DNA from: an uncultured Gemmatimonadales bacterium | GTDB taxonomy: Bacteria > Gemmatimonadota > Gemmatimonadetes > Longimicrobiales > Gaopeijiaceae | Direction: 5' to 3' | DNA length: 64,000 bases | Assembly: GCA_963823035.1 (NCBI GenBank) | Contig: CAWGKG010000018.1 | Location: 480,001-544,000 of the forward strand | Shown: piece after piece, positions 22,829 to 32,493 of the stretch | Layout of the letters: each line of letters begins with the position of its first letter | Position numbering within the stretch: position 1 is the stretch's first letter | Made by a program: the position numbers and the translations under genes | Notes under the pieces: model-generated | Databases searched by the model: none | Seen by the model: only the letters and a program-made list of their open reading frames with translations | What the model was told of the DNA's origin: nothing

Positions 22829-23524
22829 TCAGCCTCCCGTCGTGTCGGAGGCGGGGAGTCGGGCCACACCCCCTTCGAACAGGGGCACCGTCTCGAGCTC
22901 GTCCATCGGGGGCGCGTCGTAGGTCACGGTGAGCTCGAACTGGTAGATGAGGTCGCTCGAACTGTTCTCCGCGAGGCTCTGCTCGGACCGCTCGAGATGC
23001 ACCTGACGCAGGAAGCGCGAGGCCTCGAGGTTCCGCATGAAGTTCGTGATCGCGAAGTTGCTTCCCGCCCGACCGGTGATGCGGATCTGGAGGGGATCAC
23101 CCTCCGCCTGCGTGATCTCGCGCAACCACGTGTAGTCGGGAAGCGCGCGCGCGACCTCGTCCAGGACGTGCGGCCACGTGTAGCGGCCCGCGTCGATATC
23201 CTGGATGATGCTGACCCGCTGCGCGATCGAGTCGCGCCGCGCGGTGAGCTGGTTCGTGCGTGCGATGACGTCGGCGAAGCGCAGGGAGTCCTGGACGGCC
23301 TCGTCCAGCGCCACCTGCGTCTCCTCGCGATCTCCGCGGACATCCAGGAAGAGCCAGCCGACGACCAGGAGGGTGACGATGCCCGCCGCCGCCGCTCCGA
23401 GAATGTACGGGTCGCCCGGCATGCCCCCGCCGCCCACCTTGGGCAGCGACAGACCGGAGAGGGAAAGGCCACGCCCCTTGGAGGAGCGCTTCTTTCCGCC
23501 CGGAAGTAGGTTGACTTCGATCAA
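22829..23524 (-). CDS. pilN: Type IV pilus assembly protein PilN
   Basis: N-terminal (M)IEVNLLP PilM-binding motif, TM helix, WPHVLDEVARALPDYTWL, ITGRA...ITNFMRNLEAS; TTG start. Confidence 0.9.
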   Translation of the reverse strand: MIEVNLLPGGKKRSSKGRGLSLSGLSLPKVGGGGMPGDPYILGAAAAGIVTLLVVGWLFLDVRGDREETQVALDEAVQDSLRFADVIARTNQLTARRDSIAQRVSIIQDIDAGRYTWPHVLDEVARALPDYTWLREITQAEGDPLQIRITGRAGSNFAITNFMRNLEASRFLRQVHLERSEQSLAENSSSDLIYQFELTVTYDAPPMDELETVPLFEGGVARLPASDTTGG

Positions 23525-23547
23525 GGCTCAGCCCCGTCCTTGGCGCC

Positions 23548-24582
23548 TTACTGGCGCAGTGCCAGCCCGAGGGGAAGCAGCAGCATCGGCGCTGCTTCGT
23601 CGATGGAGATCATGCCCACCGCGTCAGCCCGAACGGGCACCCGCTCGAACGGATTGACGAGGTGCGTCTCTACGTTCATCCGCCGCCCCAACGACTCGAC
23701 CATGCCGGGCACGCGGGCCCCGCCGCCGCTGAGGAAGATCCTGCCCAGCGTCTCGCCGTCGTCGCGCGTCATCAGGAAGGCGCTGGCCCGCTCGATGCCC
23801 ACGGCGACCTCGTCCGCCGACGAGTCCACGAAGCGGTCGAGGTCGTCCACCGTCTCCCTGGCCTGGACGACGTCCTCCGCCTGCTCGGCAGTGAGACCAC
23901 GCTCGCGCTGCAGATCCTCGCGGATCCGGCGCGAGCCGAAGGGGATGTCGCGCGTGAGGATCGGCACGCCGCCCTCGAGGATGTTCACGTTGGTCGTCTC
24001 GTGACCGACGTTCACCAGCGCGATGATGCCCTCCATCGCCTCCGGGTGGTTGTGCTCGAAGGCGTTGTGCAGGGCGAAGGCGTCCACGTCGATGATGACC
24101 GGGTTGATGCCCGCGTCCTGCAGGAGCCCGACCTTGTTGTCGACGAGCTCCCTCTTGGCCGCGACGAGGAGCACCTCCATCTGGAGGCCCTCTTCGTGCG
24201 GGTTCAGGATCTGGAAATCGAGCTCGACGCTCTTGATGTCGAAGGGCACGTGCTGCTCGGCTTCCCACCGGATCACCTCGCGAGCGTCGGACTCCTTCAT
24301 CCGATCCATCTCGATCTTCTTGATGATCACGTCGTGGCCGCCGATGGCCGTGACGACCTCCGCGTTCTTGACGCCGATTTCCTGGAAGAGGCCGCGGACC
24401 GTGTCCGAGACCAGGCCGTAGTCCATGATCTCCCCTTCCACGATCGCGTCGGGAAGGAGGGGGCGCATGGCGACCCGGACCACCTCGGGTTGATCCCCCG
24501 AATGGTCGACTTCGACGACTTTCACGAAGCCGGAACCGATGTCCAGTCCGATGGAAGTCCGCTTACGTCCGAAAAGGCCCAT
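23548..24582 (-). CDS. pilM: Type IV pilus assembly protein PilM
   Basis: IGLDIGSGFVKVVE, WEAEQHVPFDI, DFQIL, VLLVAAKRE, IIDVDAFAL, FLSGGGA, NPF; actin-like/FtsA fold. Confidence 0.95.
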   Translation of the reverse strand: MGLFGRKRTSIGLDIGSGFVKVVEVDHSGDQPEVVRVAMRPLLPDAIVEGEIMDYGLVSDTVRGLFQEIGVKNAEVVTAIGGHDVIIKKIEMDRMKESDAREVIRWEAEQHVPFDIKSVELDFQILNPHEEGLQMEVLLVAAKRELVDNKVGLLQDAGINPVIIDVDAFALHNAFEHNHPEAMEGIIALVNVGHETTNVNILEGGVPILTRDIPFGSRRIREDLQRERGLTAEQAEDVVQARETVDDLDRFVDSSADEVAVGIERASAFLMTRDDGETLGRIFLSGGGARVPGMVESLGRRMNVETHLVNPFERVPVRADAVGMISIDEAAPMLLLPLGLALRQ

Positions 24583-24638
24583 GACGTGCCTTCTTCAGGA
24601 AAAATGGAGGAACAAATTTTCCCGAGAATCTCGGGTCC

Positions 24639-24668
24639 AGCTTACCACGGAAAATGCAGTCTTGTCAA
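24639..24668 (-). promoter_or_regulatory. Sigma-70-type promoter of pilMNOPQ
   Basis: Minus strand perfect TTGACA (24668-24663), 18-nt spacer ending TGg, then TAAGCT (24644-24639); AT-rich intergenic region. Confidence 0.7.
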
Positions 24669-24774
24669 TACTATTGTCCAACTCGGTCGATCGCAAGAAT
24701 TGGTAAACATTTGATGCACGACATCAGCTTCAAATCCCGCTGTGAAGCCCCTATTCCGACCCGTGGGTCGGGGG

Positions 24775-25980
24775 TCAACCGCCGCTGACATCGGAAAGAT
24801 CCACCCAGCTGCGCAAGGCCAACGGACGCACTTTGGTCAGCGCAGGATTGTTGAGAATCGACCGCTCGATGGCGCAGCTCGAATAGGTGATCGTCGTCCC
24901 GCCGCCGAGCGTCGACGCACGACGCCGGGCATCGGCGACGACCACTCCTCCCCAGAAGTGCCCGCCTTCTCCGCGCGTGGTCAGTCGTCCACGCACGATC
25001 ACGGCGCCGTAGAATTGGAAGCCACCCGATACATCCAGATCGCCATCGACGAGCAGGATCCCCTGTCCGACACCACCGGACAGTGTGAGCAAGCCGGCGT
25101 GGTGGACGATCGGGAAGTAGTCGAAGCAGGGCGAAGCAGGATCGGCGGGAGCACCCCAGTTGGTCGGATCTTCCATGGCGCAGCGGCCGTCCCGCGTGGC
25201 GGGGCCGATCGCCCCGGGCGCGTCCGCCGGCAGCTCGTTCGCCAGCTCGACCAGCTCGTCCCACGTCATGTCGCCGAACGTCGTCAAGGACGCGAAGGAG
25301 AGTTCCGCGTCCTCGACCAAGGGGGGAGACCCGGTCATGGCGGAGCGCCGGCCCACCCGGTCCCCGCCCCCGGAACTCCATGCAGTGTCGGCCGCCAGGA
25401 CCCCGGGCGCGTCGACGCGCGCGGAGGCGCCGCACACGCCGCTCCAGTCCGCTCCCTCGTCCGATCCGGCCGGGTACGCGTCGATGCCGCGGACCACGGC
25501 CCGCCCGGCCCAGCCCAGCGGTGCGTTCGTGGTGAGCGCGGCACGTGGCTCGACCCGCGCCTGGGACATCCTCGTGACCAGACCCACGCGACTGCGGGCG
25601 CCGCTCCATGGCGTGCCGCCCGCCGCGACGGTGGCCGTCGCGTCCAGGAAGAAGATCCGCGAGGCCATCCGGGTGACGTCCACCGAGACCACGCCGCCGT
25701 CCACGGTGTCCACGAGCGTGGTGTCGCCCCAGAGTGGGAGCCCGGCGAAGACGCGCGTCCGGTTGACGAGCACGCCGTTCGTGCCGCTCTGGGCGAGGTT
25801 GACGGCCATCGCCGAAAGGCGGGTCTCGTCTCCGATGCGCACCTCCTGGCTGACCACGTAGAAGCTGGCCGTGACGAGCATGCCGACGACCACCAGCGCG
25901 CCGATGGCGGCGGGTAGGGCGAACCCTCGTCTGTCGGGCTTCCAGCTCAACGTGCTCATCCCCGGTTCCACGGAGCGCAT
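24775..25980 (-). CDS. PilX/GspK-like minor pilin (cassette B)
   Basis: RRG|FALPAAIGALVVVGML class III signal lacking Glu5; C-terminal GQGILLVDGDL...FYGAVIVRG repeats. Start at 25980 or 25959. Confidence 0.7.
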   Translation of the reverse strand: MRSVEPGMSTLSWKPDRRGFALPAAIGALVVVGMLVTASFYVVSQEVRIGDETRLSAMAVNLAQSGTNGVLVNRTRVFAGLPLWGDTTLVDTVDGGVVSVDVTRMASRIFFLDATATVAAGGTPWSGARSRVGLVTRMSQARVEPRAALTTNAPLGWAGRAVVRGIDAYPAGSDEGADWSGVCGASARVDAPGVLAADTAWSSGGGDRVGRRSAMTGSPPLVEDAELSFASLTTFGDMTWDELVELANELPADAPGAIGPATRDGRCAMEDPTNWGAPADPASPCFDYFPIVHHAGLLTLSGGVGQGILLVDGDLDVSGGFQFYGAVIVRGRLTTRGEGGHFWGGVVVADARRRASTLGGGTTITYSSCAIERSILNNPALTKVRPLALRSWVDLSDVSGG

Positions 25981-25990
25981 GGTCGCGCCC

Positions 25991-26804
25991 TCAGTTCCTG
26001 GAGTAGACGAGGGCACGGATCGAATCCGCCGCCGCCTCGCCCGCCCCGCCCACCGGACCGCCCGGTGTGCGGATCGTGACCGCGATCTGCCGGACCTCGG
26101 TGGGGCGGGTCGTCACCGCGCCTGCCTCGTCGAGGTACGCGAACTCGAGGCCGGTGTCGGGTTGCAGCGGCCCGACCAACGCCACCTCGCTCCCGTCGGC
26201 CGCGGTGCGCCCGAGCCACGACTGTCCGTCGTGGTCCACCAGGCCGTAGTCGTAGCGCACGAACTCACGCACCGGCGCTCCGACGCTCACGCTGTCGCCG
26301 GAGATCGGCGAGAAACGGGCGCCCTGCCCAGCGAAGTCCAGCTTCTGCGCCTTCCGCCCTCCACATCGGGCGGTGGTGTCGACCGCGGTGACGCGCGCCG
26401 CGATCCAGGCGTCGTCGTCCGGATCGGTGCCTTCGTTGTCGGCGAAGACGAACACGGAGTCTCCGGCCACGAAGCGGTCCGCCACCTCCAGCACGTTGAG
26501 GGCGGGCGGATCGGACCGGGTGAGCGCGCACACGACGCCGAAGCCCCGCATCGAGCGCACGGTCATCGAGGCCGGACCCATCGCGATCAGGTCCCCACCG
26601 CGGGGGCTGATCTCCCGGAGCTCGCCGTACATGAGAGACGACCGCGGCGCGGATGGAGCGCTGTCCCCGGATCTGGCTCGCCTGGGCGGCGTAGGCGCGC
26701 TGGTTCGTGACCATGATCTGCATGGACGACACGAACAGCACGCCACCGAGGACCATGACCACGAGCAGCTCCGCGAACGTGAACCCGCGCCGTCCCCGGC
26801 TCAT
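25991..26804 (-). CDS. PilW-like minor pilin (cassette B); frameshift near 26640
   Basis: MSRGRRG|FTFAELLVVMVLGG; continues in a second frame as GELREIS...VRQIAVTIRT...VYSRN*, a typical PilW-like end. Confidence 0.75.
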
Positions 26805-27222
26805 CGCTGGATCACCCGGAAGGAGAAGGTGTCGGCCACCGCGGGTCCGAGCGTCCGCCCCGCCCCGGGACGGACGACTCGACGCCGGGGCCCAGCGTAA
26901 CGACCGAGACCATGCGGGACTGGGAGGACTCGGCCACGGACCACCAGGTCAGCACGAAGGCCCCGATCGAATCGGATCCGGCGCTCACGCTGTCCAGCGG
27001 CGTGGCGTGGATCTTCTCGACGATCGTCTGCAGGGCCACCGCCCGGTCGGTCATGACTTCCCCGAGGGTCACCTGGCGAGCGATGAACGCGGTTGTGCCG
27101 GCCAGGCCCAGCACCCCCACTGCGAGTATCACGACGGCGATCACGACTTCCACCATCATGTAGCCTGGGGAGGACGTCTTGGAGACCCTCGCATCGAAGT
27201 GGCGGCGGTTCGAGTCCAGCAT
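26801..27222 (-). CDS. PilV-like minor pilin (cassette B); frameshift near 26865
   Basis: SPG|YMMVEVVIAVVILAVGVLGLAG with Glu5; the shifted frame ends AVADTFSFRVIQR* overlapping the next ATG. Confidence 0.72.
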
Positions 27223-27314
27223 CGTCGGTACACCAGCCCCCCCAGGGTGAGTCCGCTACCTCGCGCTCGTCGACTCGGGTCATCCGCGCGCGGCGCACTT
27301 CGCGATGTTCCCAA

Positions 27315-27330
27315 ACCAAGTTCCGTGCCA
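27315..27330 (-). promoter_or_regulatory. Putative sigma-54 (-24/-12) promoter for minor pilin cassette B
   Basis: Minus strand TGGCACGGAACTTGGT: perfect TGGCACG -24 box, -12 box TTGG instead of TTGC, correct spacing. Confidence 0.55.
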
Positions 27331-27425
27331 CCCTCGCACACGAACAACCGCGCCACTTGTTTCCGCCCGAAGGGTCCCGAAACGCGCAGACTTTTCCCAG
27401 GGACGGCAAGGAGTTCGTAGCGGCC

Positions 27426-28418
27426 TCAAGGCAGCGGAAATGGCCGCGTTCCGCGAAGGAACGGCCGCATCCACCCCTCCGCACCCTCCGCGAGCGCCCG
27501 CAGGGCCCGGCACCCCGATCCGAGCACGCGGGCATCCGCCGTCACCCGTACGCCCCCGGCCGCCCGCGCGAACCCCACCAGGACGGCGCCGTCCCGGAGG
27601 GTGAGCCGGCCGCCGACCAGGAGCAGTCCCTCGTGGCTGCCGCCGACGAGCTCCAGGTCCCCCTCCACCACCAGCAGCCCCTCGCCCGACTCCCCGCGCA
27701 GGGTGAGATCCCCGCGGACCGCACTCGGGCCTGTGCGGCCGCCGGCGGCCCCGCCGCCAACCGGGGCGCCCAGCCACCGGAGCAGCTCGGCGGGGCCCAG
27801 CGGGCCGAGCGACGGCTCCCCCGCCGGCGTGGGTGCGGCGCGAGCGACCGGTAGGGGGGAGGCGGCCCCGTAGAGGGTGTCGAGCGCCGCCCTCCAGGGC
27901 AGGCAGGAAGGGTCGTCCAAACCGGCCCCGTCACGCCGCACGCCGCCCACGTCGACGGAGCCGTCCAGGACGACGGATGCGTCGCTTCCCACCACGAGCA
28001 CTCCCGTGAAGTCTCGGAGCCGTTCGAGCGGATCCGGGAGCCAGGCCACGCTGGCCTCCCGCACGCGCCACCCCACACCCCTCACCCACCCCTCGCTCTC
28101 CGCGAGCCACTCCTCACGCGTGAGACGCCGGAGGCGGAGCCGGTAGCGCCCTTCCCCGAGCACGCCGCGGCCGACCTCGACGATGCCCTGGAGCGGCGTC
28201 CCCCCGACGGCGGAGCCCAGGGGCGTGGCCGCCCCGACGTCGCGCAGACCGTGGACGGCCGCGAGGTGAGCCTGAAGGAGGCGCGCTCCCGCATGGGACG
28301 CAGCGGCCTCCTGCCGGGCCATGAGAAGGGCTCCGTGGGCCAGCAGCTCGAGCGCGAGCATGAGGACCAGAACCACCACGAGGACACTTCCCCGATCCGG
28401 GCGCTCCCCCTCACGCAT
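27426..28418 (-). CDS. PilX/GspK-like minor pilin (cassette A)
   Basis: DRG|SVLVVVLVLMLAL with no Glu5; C-terminal GEGLLVVEGDLEL...GLLLVGGRL resembles the cassette B PilX. Confidence 0.68.
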   Translation of the reverse strand: MREGERPDRGSVLVVVLVLMLALELLAHGALLMARQEAAASHAGARLLQAHLAAVHGLRDVGAATPLGSAVGGTPLQGIVEVGRGVLGEGRYRLRLRRLTREEWLAESEGWVRGVGWRVREASVAWLPDPLERLRDFTGVLVVGSDASVVLDGSVDVGGVRRDGAGLDDPSCLPWRAALDTLYGAASPLPVARAAPTPAGEPSLGPLGPAELLRWLGAPVGGGAAGGRTGPSAVRGDLTLRGESGEGLLVVEGDLELVGGSHEGLLLVGGRLTLRDGAVLVGFARAAGGVRVTADARVLGSGCRALRALAEGAEGWMRPFLRGTRPFPLP

Positions 28419-29124
28419 CGGGCGGCCCTCCCCCCCGTGCGAAGGAGAGCACCAGCGACGGCGCGCGGCCGCTGTCTCCCGGCAAATACAGCTCCAGCTC
28501 GATCTCGCCCGCCCCCCGGGCGTGGAAGCGACTGGGCGGCGTCAGGAGCACCTCGGGGGTGAGCGGCTGACGACCGGCTGCCCCCCGCCGGTACCGCAGG
28601 GCTCCCCGGTCGAGGTGGTAGCTGCCGCGCTCGAAGTAGCGGGCCAGGAGCGGTGCCGGCGGCGCGGCGCCCGAGAGCCGCCATCGCTCGATTCCCTCCG
28701 GCGTGCCCGGACACGGCATGGACGCCGGCCCCCGTTCCTCCAGTGCGAGCACGACGTCCCCGCCACCAGCGCCCGTCACCCGAACCGAGTCCTTGTCCGG
28801 GTCGGGCTCGCGCACGCCCTCGACGCGCACGACCAACTCGTGCTCGTCCGCGGCCGCGGCGCACACGACGCCGACGCCGCGATAGGCCCGGAGGGCGAGG
28901 GTGTCCGCACCCACCTCCTCCGTGCCGTCGCCGGCCCGCAGCTCCCGCCCCAGCAGGTGGCGAGCGACGCGTGCCGCGGCCAACGCGTCGGCACGATGCG
29001 CGAGCGTGGCCTGGAGGGTGCGCTGCCGCGCGAACGTCCCAACCGCGAGGGCGGCCAGCAGACAGCCGAGGAGGAGCGCCACCAGCGCCTCGGCCACGGT
29101 GAAGCCGCCGTCCCTCCCGCTCAT
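28411..29124 (-). CDS. PilW-like minor pilin (cassette A)
   Basis: MSGRDGG|FTVAEALVALLLG; LLGRELR; ATG at 29124 overlaps the upstream stop. Confidence 0.72.
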   Translation of the reverse strand: MSGRDGGFTVAEALVALLLGCLLAALAVGTFARQRTLQATLAHRADALAAARVARHLLGRELRAGDGTEEVGADTLALRAYRGVGVVCAAAADEHELVVRVEGVREPDPDKDSVRVTGAGGGDVVLALEERGPASMPCPGTPEGIERWRLSGAAPPAPLLARYFERGSYHLDRGALRYRRGAAGRQPLTPEVLLTPPSRFHARGAGEIELELYLPGDSGRAPSLVLSFARGGGPPDA

Positions 29125-29450
29125 GGGCCCCTCCGCTCGGGCGCGACGCCTCCGTCCACGACCACGAGCGCGGTGTCGAGCGGGGTCGCGAACACCAGGT
29201 GCGCGATGCCGGCGGCCGCGCGCCATCGTACCTCGCCGCCCGGCGTGGTCACGCGGCCCTCGCCGGAGGAGACGCCGGCCGTGGAGAGGGAGTCGAGCAC
29301 GCGCTCCACCGCCGCGATGCCCCGCTCCTCGAGCTCGCCCCGGGTGAGGGTGCGGGCCGCGAGCACGAGCGTGCCCACCACGCCCAGGAGACCCACCTCG
29401 AGGAGGATGAGTGCCACCAGGACCTCGATGAGCGTGAAGCCCCGCCTCAC
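29121..29450 (-). CDS. PilV-like minor pilin (cassette A)
   Basis: GTG start, RRG|FTLIEVLVALILLEVGLLGVVG; about 109 aa. Confidence 0.75.
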   Translation of the reverse strand: MRRGFTLIEVLVALILLEVGLLGVVGTLVLAARTLTRGELEERGIAAVERVLDSLSTAGVSSGEGRVTTPGGEVRWRAAAGIAHLVFATPLDTALVVVDGGVAPERRGP

Positions 29451-29875
29451 CACCGACGAACCCTCCCGTAAGCCGATACCACCAGCGTGGCCTCGGCGCT
29501 GCCGCGTCGGAAGCGCAGCGTCTGGCTCGCGACCTGGCCGAGGCCGAGCGCATCGAAGCGGAGGTCGGATTCGGCCCGGCCCCGCGGAAGCGCCAGCTCG
29601 AGCGCGACCTCCTCCGCCAGCGCGATGCGCCGCCACTCGGTTCCTCCCGCCTCGTACCACGCTTCCGCCCCGGTGCCGGAGAGGTGGACCGTCGCGCCTC
29701 CCCACGCGACGGCCGCCGTCCTCGCTTCGGCGATGAGCCCGGCCACCTCCTCGCGCGCGGCCTCGACGGCCCATCGGTCCCGCGTCCCCTCCCCGGCGGC
29801 GAGGAGGATCGACGCGCCCGCCGCCATCAGGGCGAGAACCGCGCTCAGCTCGAGGAGGGTGTAGCCACGTCGCAT
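29447..29875 (-). CDS. FimT/FimU (GspH-like) minor pilin (cassette A)
   Basis: MRRG|YTLLELSAVLAL; ARTAAV, LRFDALG, LVVSAYGRVR, a typical FimT/GspH C-terminus. Confidence 0.78.
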   Translation of the reverse strand: MRRGYTLLELSAVLALMAAGASILLAAGEGTRDRWAVEAAREEVAGLIAEARTAAVAWGGATVHLSGTGAEAWYEAGGTEWRRIALAEEVALELALPRGRAESDLRFDALGLGQVASQTLRFRRGSAEATLVVSAYGRVRRW

Positions 29876-29959
29876 GGCAGAAGATGCGCCGGCGCGCGGG
29901 ACGCACCCATGGACGGAGAGGACTCCGGTTCGCGAGCACGGTCGCGCCGCCGGGTGTGG

Positions 29960-32140
29960 TCAGCGGGCCGGTTCCACCAGTCGGCTACCGGCACCTTGAA
30001 CAGCCCGGTTTCGTCCTGACGTTCGGTTCACGGTGGCTGCCCCGGGGGCGGGCGCGGCATCGCCCCAAAGCAACTCCATCGCCTCGTCGTACGGGAGCAG
30101 CTCCGGCGTCGCTCCGACCGATGTAGGCGCGAACGCGAACGCCACACGCTCGGAGTAGTGCTCCAGGAGGAGCCGATTCTCTTCGGGCCCGAGGTCCCGA
30201 ACGAAGAGAGGCCGACCCTCTTCGATTCCAGGGAGATCGCCCTGCCAGAGGAGCGGCGCCAGGGCGACCGCACCGAAACGATCAGCCCTCTGCTCACGGC
30301 GGCACGCCTCCGGAAAGGCCTCGCCGGCACGCACGCGGAGGCTCATGCCGGAGCGCAAGCGCATTCGGTAGATGCCCTCGGGGCTGCCGGCATCCTGTGT
30401 CAGATCCACCGGGGGAAGAGGCACGTCGGCCCTCCCAAGCCGCGTGGCCTTCCTCACGACCGAGTAAAGGTAGAGGCCGCAATTCGTGTTACGCCGCAGA
30501 GCGGCGATCACGCTGTCCTGGCGCATCCCTCCCGCGCCCTGGAGCGTCGAGCTGACGCGCTCGTTCCAGGATGTATGCACGAATACGATGGACGGCTCGC
30601 CGGTGGGGGGAGACGGCGCGGTGATGCGGTCAAGCGTCTCCTGGCGCCACGCGTAGCTGGCCCAACGTGACGGGATGTTCCAACCGACGGCGAACACGAT
30701 GCCCACTGCTACTGCCCACGCGCACAGGTCCCGTCCGACCGCGACAAGCTTCCGCTGTTCCGTTGCATCCCCGCTCCCCGCGAGGTGCGCCGTGGCGAGC
30801 ACGGCCAAGGCCACCCACGCGGGCGCAACCTCGAACAGCATCCGCGCGTTGTGGAACCAATAGTAGCCATTGGCGAGAACCGGCAGGAACGCCCACGCCA
30901 GGAGGAGGCCCATCCCCCCGGACATCCGAACGCCCGTGAGAAAGGCGATTCCGACCAACGCAGTCGCGGGGTACGGCGTCTCCAGGAGTTGCACGCCTGC
31001 GGCGAGTACATCGTTGGAGGTGAACGCCAGCGCCTCCGAGAGCCCGTAGTGCGAACCCCACGGGTCAACGTGGAAGCCGAGTCGATGCCGTTCCCCGAAC
31101 GCGGCCAAGTAGCCGAGCCTGAGAGGGGCACCGAAGAGGAGCCGGTTATACCAACCGAGCAGCACAGCCACCGGCAGGCCACCAGCCGCGGCACCAAGCA
31201 GACGTGCCACGAGCCATGGCAGGCTCACCGGGCGAGTCCGAAGCATCGTCGGCACCCACACGCCAACTGTGAACACCGCTCCCAGGACCAACCCGACGAG
31301 CGGCCGGTCGGCCACGGTGAGTCCGGCGGCGGTGCCCGCCACCGCGGCCCATCCGGCGCCCCCGTCACGGGCACGGAGCGCGGCGTAGAGCCCCGCGGCA
31401 GCGAAAGCACCCGTGGTGACGTGACTCATCAAGGTGCCGCCGAGAAAGAGGAGGAACGGACAGACGGCTACCAGCAGGCCTGCGACCCTGGCCTCGGCGG
31501 GACGCTCCGGCATCATCCTCATCATGCTGGAGGCGACGAGCCCCACCATGGCTCCGAACGCCAGGGGGCCGAGCAGCCTGGGAACACCCAGCCGCTGCAT
31601 CAGGGCCAACGCCACGAGATGAGTAGGAGGGTACTGTGAGACCCAACCCTCCGGCACAACAAGCGTGTTGGGGATCAGCCAGAACTCAGGCACGGAAAAG
31701 GTGGGACCGGCGAGAAGTCCGTGAGCCAGATAGCGCGCGTGTAGCGTGTAGGCGAACTCGTCGACATTTGTGAGGAGGCCCTTGAACAGGCCGTAGGCTA
31801 CCAGGGTGGCCAGGGTCCCGCCGACCGTTGCGAGCGCCGCCGCATAGAAGCCGTTCGAAGGCCGACAGAGGCGAGCAGCCAAGCTCCGCGCAGCCGCGCG
31901 AAGACGGTCGGCGGGAAAGAGCAGAGCCAGGAGTGCCGAGAGGAGTATCGTCACGATCGTGCCCCACCACACGAGTTGGAGCATCGAATCGGCGACCTCG
32001 ACGCTGACCTGCCGGAAAGGCACCTCGCCGGACGTGTCTAGCAGGCGGTAGGCGGGCGCGAACCCGAGCACAAGGACCACGACGCCGAGGGAAGCGAGGC
32101 CGAATCGGCCCAGCCGGTGCCACCGCGAGTGATTCGTCAT
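29960..32140 (-). CDS. Multi-TM GT-C-like (ArnT/PMT-like) membrane protein, paralog 1
   Basis: More than 10 hydrophobic segments; LTNVDE acidic motif in an early extramembrane loop, GWVSQYPPTH, MSH, C-terminal soluble domain ending RDLGPEEN. Confidence 0.65.
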   Translation of the reverse strand: MTNHSRWHRLGRFGLASLGVVVLVLGFAPAYRLLDTSGEVPFRQVSVEVADSMLQLVWWGTIVTILLSALLALLFPADRLRAAARSLAARLCRPSNGFYAAALATVGGTLATLVAYGLFKGLLTNVDEFAYTLHARYLAHGLLAGPTFSVPEFWLIPNTLVVPEGWVSQYPPTHLVALALMQRLGVPRLLGPLAFGAMVGLVASSMMRMMPERPAEARVAGLLVAVCPFLLFLGGTLMSHVTTGAFAAAGLYAALRARDGGAGWAAVAGTAAGLTVADRPLVGLVLGAVFTVGVWVPTMLRTRPVSLPWLVARLLGAAAGGLPVAVLLGWYNRLLFGAPLRLGYLAAFGERHRLGFHVDPWGSHYGLSEALAFTSNDVLAAGVQLLETPYPATALVGIAFLTGVRMSGGMGLLLAWAFLPVLANGYYWFHNARMLFEVAPAWVALAVLATAHLAGSGDATEQRKLVAVGRDLCAWAVAVGIVFAVGWNIPSRWASYAWRQETLDRITAPSPPTGEPSIVFVHTSWNERVSSTLQGAGGMRQDSVIAALRRNTNCGLYLYSVVRKATRLGRADVPLPPVDLTQDAGSPEGIYRMRLRSGMSLRVRAGEAFPEACRREQRADRFGAVALAPLLWQGDLPGIEEGRPLFVRDLGPEENRLLLEHYSERVAFAFAPTSVGATPELLPYDEAMELLWGDAAPAPGAATVNRTSGRNRAVQGAGSRLVEPAR

Positions 32141-32493
32141 TTCAGGCCATCATGATAATCCGTGGCCGATGTCCGCACGATCCCACCGGTCGTCGAATCG
32201 GTCCACCAGTTCTTCGCGTGTCTCCAACGATACCATGGGCGGCCTCCTCTACAGTGGAAGGTAGCGACCCTGGTCGCGAGGCCGGCGCCCTCTCCCCGCG
32301 GCCGCCCCCGGCCTGATATGTTGTCCATGACCACCCTCCAGGACGGGTGCTGTCGTAGCTGCCCTGCACTCCGCTTCCTGAGGCTGCTCCTCGTCCTGGT
32401 GAACCGCCTTCTTCGCTACGGGGCCGATGGAAACGCCGACCCGATTCTCGCACACCTGGCCAACCGGCTGGCTCTTCCCGCGCCTCTTGCGCG

